Shown here: positions 62,801 to 64,000 of the stretch, one piece after another
Layout: every line of letters starts with the position of its first letter
Position numbering within the stretch: the stretch's first letter is position 1
Assembly: GCA_964187785.1 (NCBI GenBank)
Contig: OZ076410.1
Span: 57,226,001 to 57,290,000 of the forward strand
Reading direction: 5' to 3'
Length of the DNA: 64,000 bases
From: Amphiscolops sp. MND2022
Taxonomy: Eukaryota
Translations under genes and position numbers: made by a program
Notes under the pieces: generated by a model
The model's database searches: none
What the model saw: only the letters and a program-made list of their open reading frames with translations
Told to the model about the DNA's origin: nothing

Positions 62801-64000
62801 CCACTTTAAAGTTGAACCGGAAAATACAAAAGAACTGAAATAATTCCTTGGAGTAATCCAATATATGGCAACATTTTTACCGAAACTTTCGAAAAGAACG
62901 AACCGACTTAGGCAATTATTGAAAAAAAATGAAACGTGAACTGGCGAAACAAACAAGAAGACTTAGGAAAAATAAAACAGATGCTGACCGAAGGCCCATG
63001 TATAGCAGACTAGGCAAAAGATAAAGAAAACATAGCAACGACAGATGCTAGTACAACCGGACTGGGAAATACACTGTGGCAAAAGCAAGATGACGGAAAT
63101 ACAAAACCGATAGCATACGGAAGTTGATACTTGAACGAAACTAAAAAGAAAGATTCCATCGGTTAATTAGAATTACTGGCGGTGGTATGGGGATTAGAAA
63201 AATTCCAGTTTCGACGGAAAGAAAGTCAATTTTTATACCGACCATCAAGAACTAGAACCATTATTAAAGAAAAACCGAAGCATTTAACAATATAGTGCGA
63301 GATTAACAAGATGGTTGGGTCGTCTAACTCATTTCGAAATAGCAATACAACATATCGCAGGCAGCAATTTGAAACTTACCGACTATCTCGGTAGGGTAGC
63401 AGAAACCCGGTAGGGGGAGCCATGCCGGAAGAAATTAGGATGAAGAATACGATATAAGTATACTTGCCGAACAAGCAGTTTTACACTTGAAATACGGACA
63501 ACTATTCGTGGATCAATCAAAATGCAGCAAAACCATAAACGAAAGGAAGAAGAACGATTCCGATAATAAAAATGAGCACAAGGGAATGGAACATTCGAGA
63601 ACATCAATCACGTGAACGAAACCGAACGAAACAAAATAACAACATGCGGGCAGTCCGATATTAGTACTCTGAAACCCACTAAACCGCTCAAAGAAGAAGA
63701 AAGTGAGAAAATGGACCGCGAAAACTTTTACCATTGTTGCCACAAAGAGAGATAATAGACATCATTAGAAAAAGAAATAACAGCCCCGAAACAAGAAGAC
63801 TGAAAACAACGGAACGCGCTATCTCGGCCGGGAACATTAAGACACCGGTACAACCACCAAACACAAAAAAAAACAATCTTTGCACCACCCTGATCCAACA
63901 AGCGCAGTAGAGAAGAGGTTGCCGAGGTCGATGCAGAACTTATCCGACGAGCGAACAGAATTGGATACGGTTACCAACCGATAGAACCTGAAGAAAAACA
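59803..64000 (+). mobile_element. Degenerate Ty3/Gypsy element (gag, two proteases, RT, RNase H), continuing past the window; no 5' LTR seen
   Basis: gag MFITSITDKKLRNKL and knuckles CGFC/NCQKIGHFAQVC; IDTGSP; ALDSRKLN; SKIDL; YYRFKKGFYG; WLNDIIV (WLDD variant); TTDASTTGLG. Confidence 0.88.
61236..61913 (+). mobile_element. Non-autonomous Helentron/HINE-like insert in the protease region
   Basis: Removing it restores ENNKQ|KMDIVI. Sub-terminal inverted repeats AGTCGGCGC (61255) and GCGCCGACT (61904), a 3' hairpin at 61883-61912, internal ~116-bp tandem units, an A-rich target and no TSD. Confidence 0.7.

Noticed and set aside
1-64000. Species assignment
   Set aside because: The TE repertoire is animal-like and reminiscent of acoel flatworm repeats, but there is no marker gene in the window, so no assignment is made.

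Overview
Eukaryotic, AT-rich, animal-type DNA made almost entirely of decayed and nested transposable elements. I found no intact host gene, rRNA, tRNA or CRISPR array. Layout: (i) 1-3144, the 3' end of a probable Ty3/Gypsy element. (ii) 3671-33659, a ~30-kb inverted duplication centred on a 200-N scaffold gap (15406-15605). Its arms share a solo LTR and a spliced zinc-finger gene but differ by a MITE, a 174-bp exon duplication and a 6.6-kb CACTA-like element that contains a solo LTR and a CR1-group LINE. (iii) 34311-44520, a full-length degenerate Gypsy element flanked by a GGAGG target-site duplication. (iv) ~45830-59755, a rearranged Maverick/Polinton (pPolB, adenain-like protease, major and minor capsid, integrase) with internal direct duplications. 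(v) 59803-64000, a third Gypsy element with two protease domains and a Helentron-type insert. The best candidate for an undescribed system is a family of intron-containing genes with a C-x2-C-x16-H-x5-H zinc finger and hAT-transposase-like remnants. It occurs as three divergent members; one lies antisense between pol and the 3' LTR of a Gypsy element and another probably does. One member sits next to an array of eight ACGACT-N9-AGTCGT operator-like palindromes. All family assignments come from motif recognition by eye; no database search was run.
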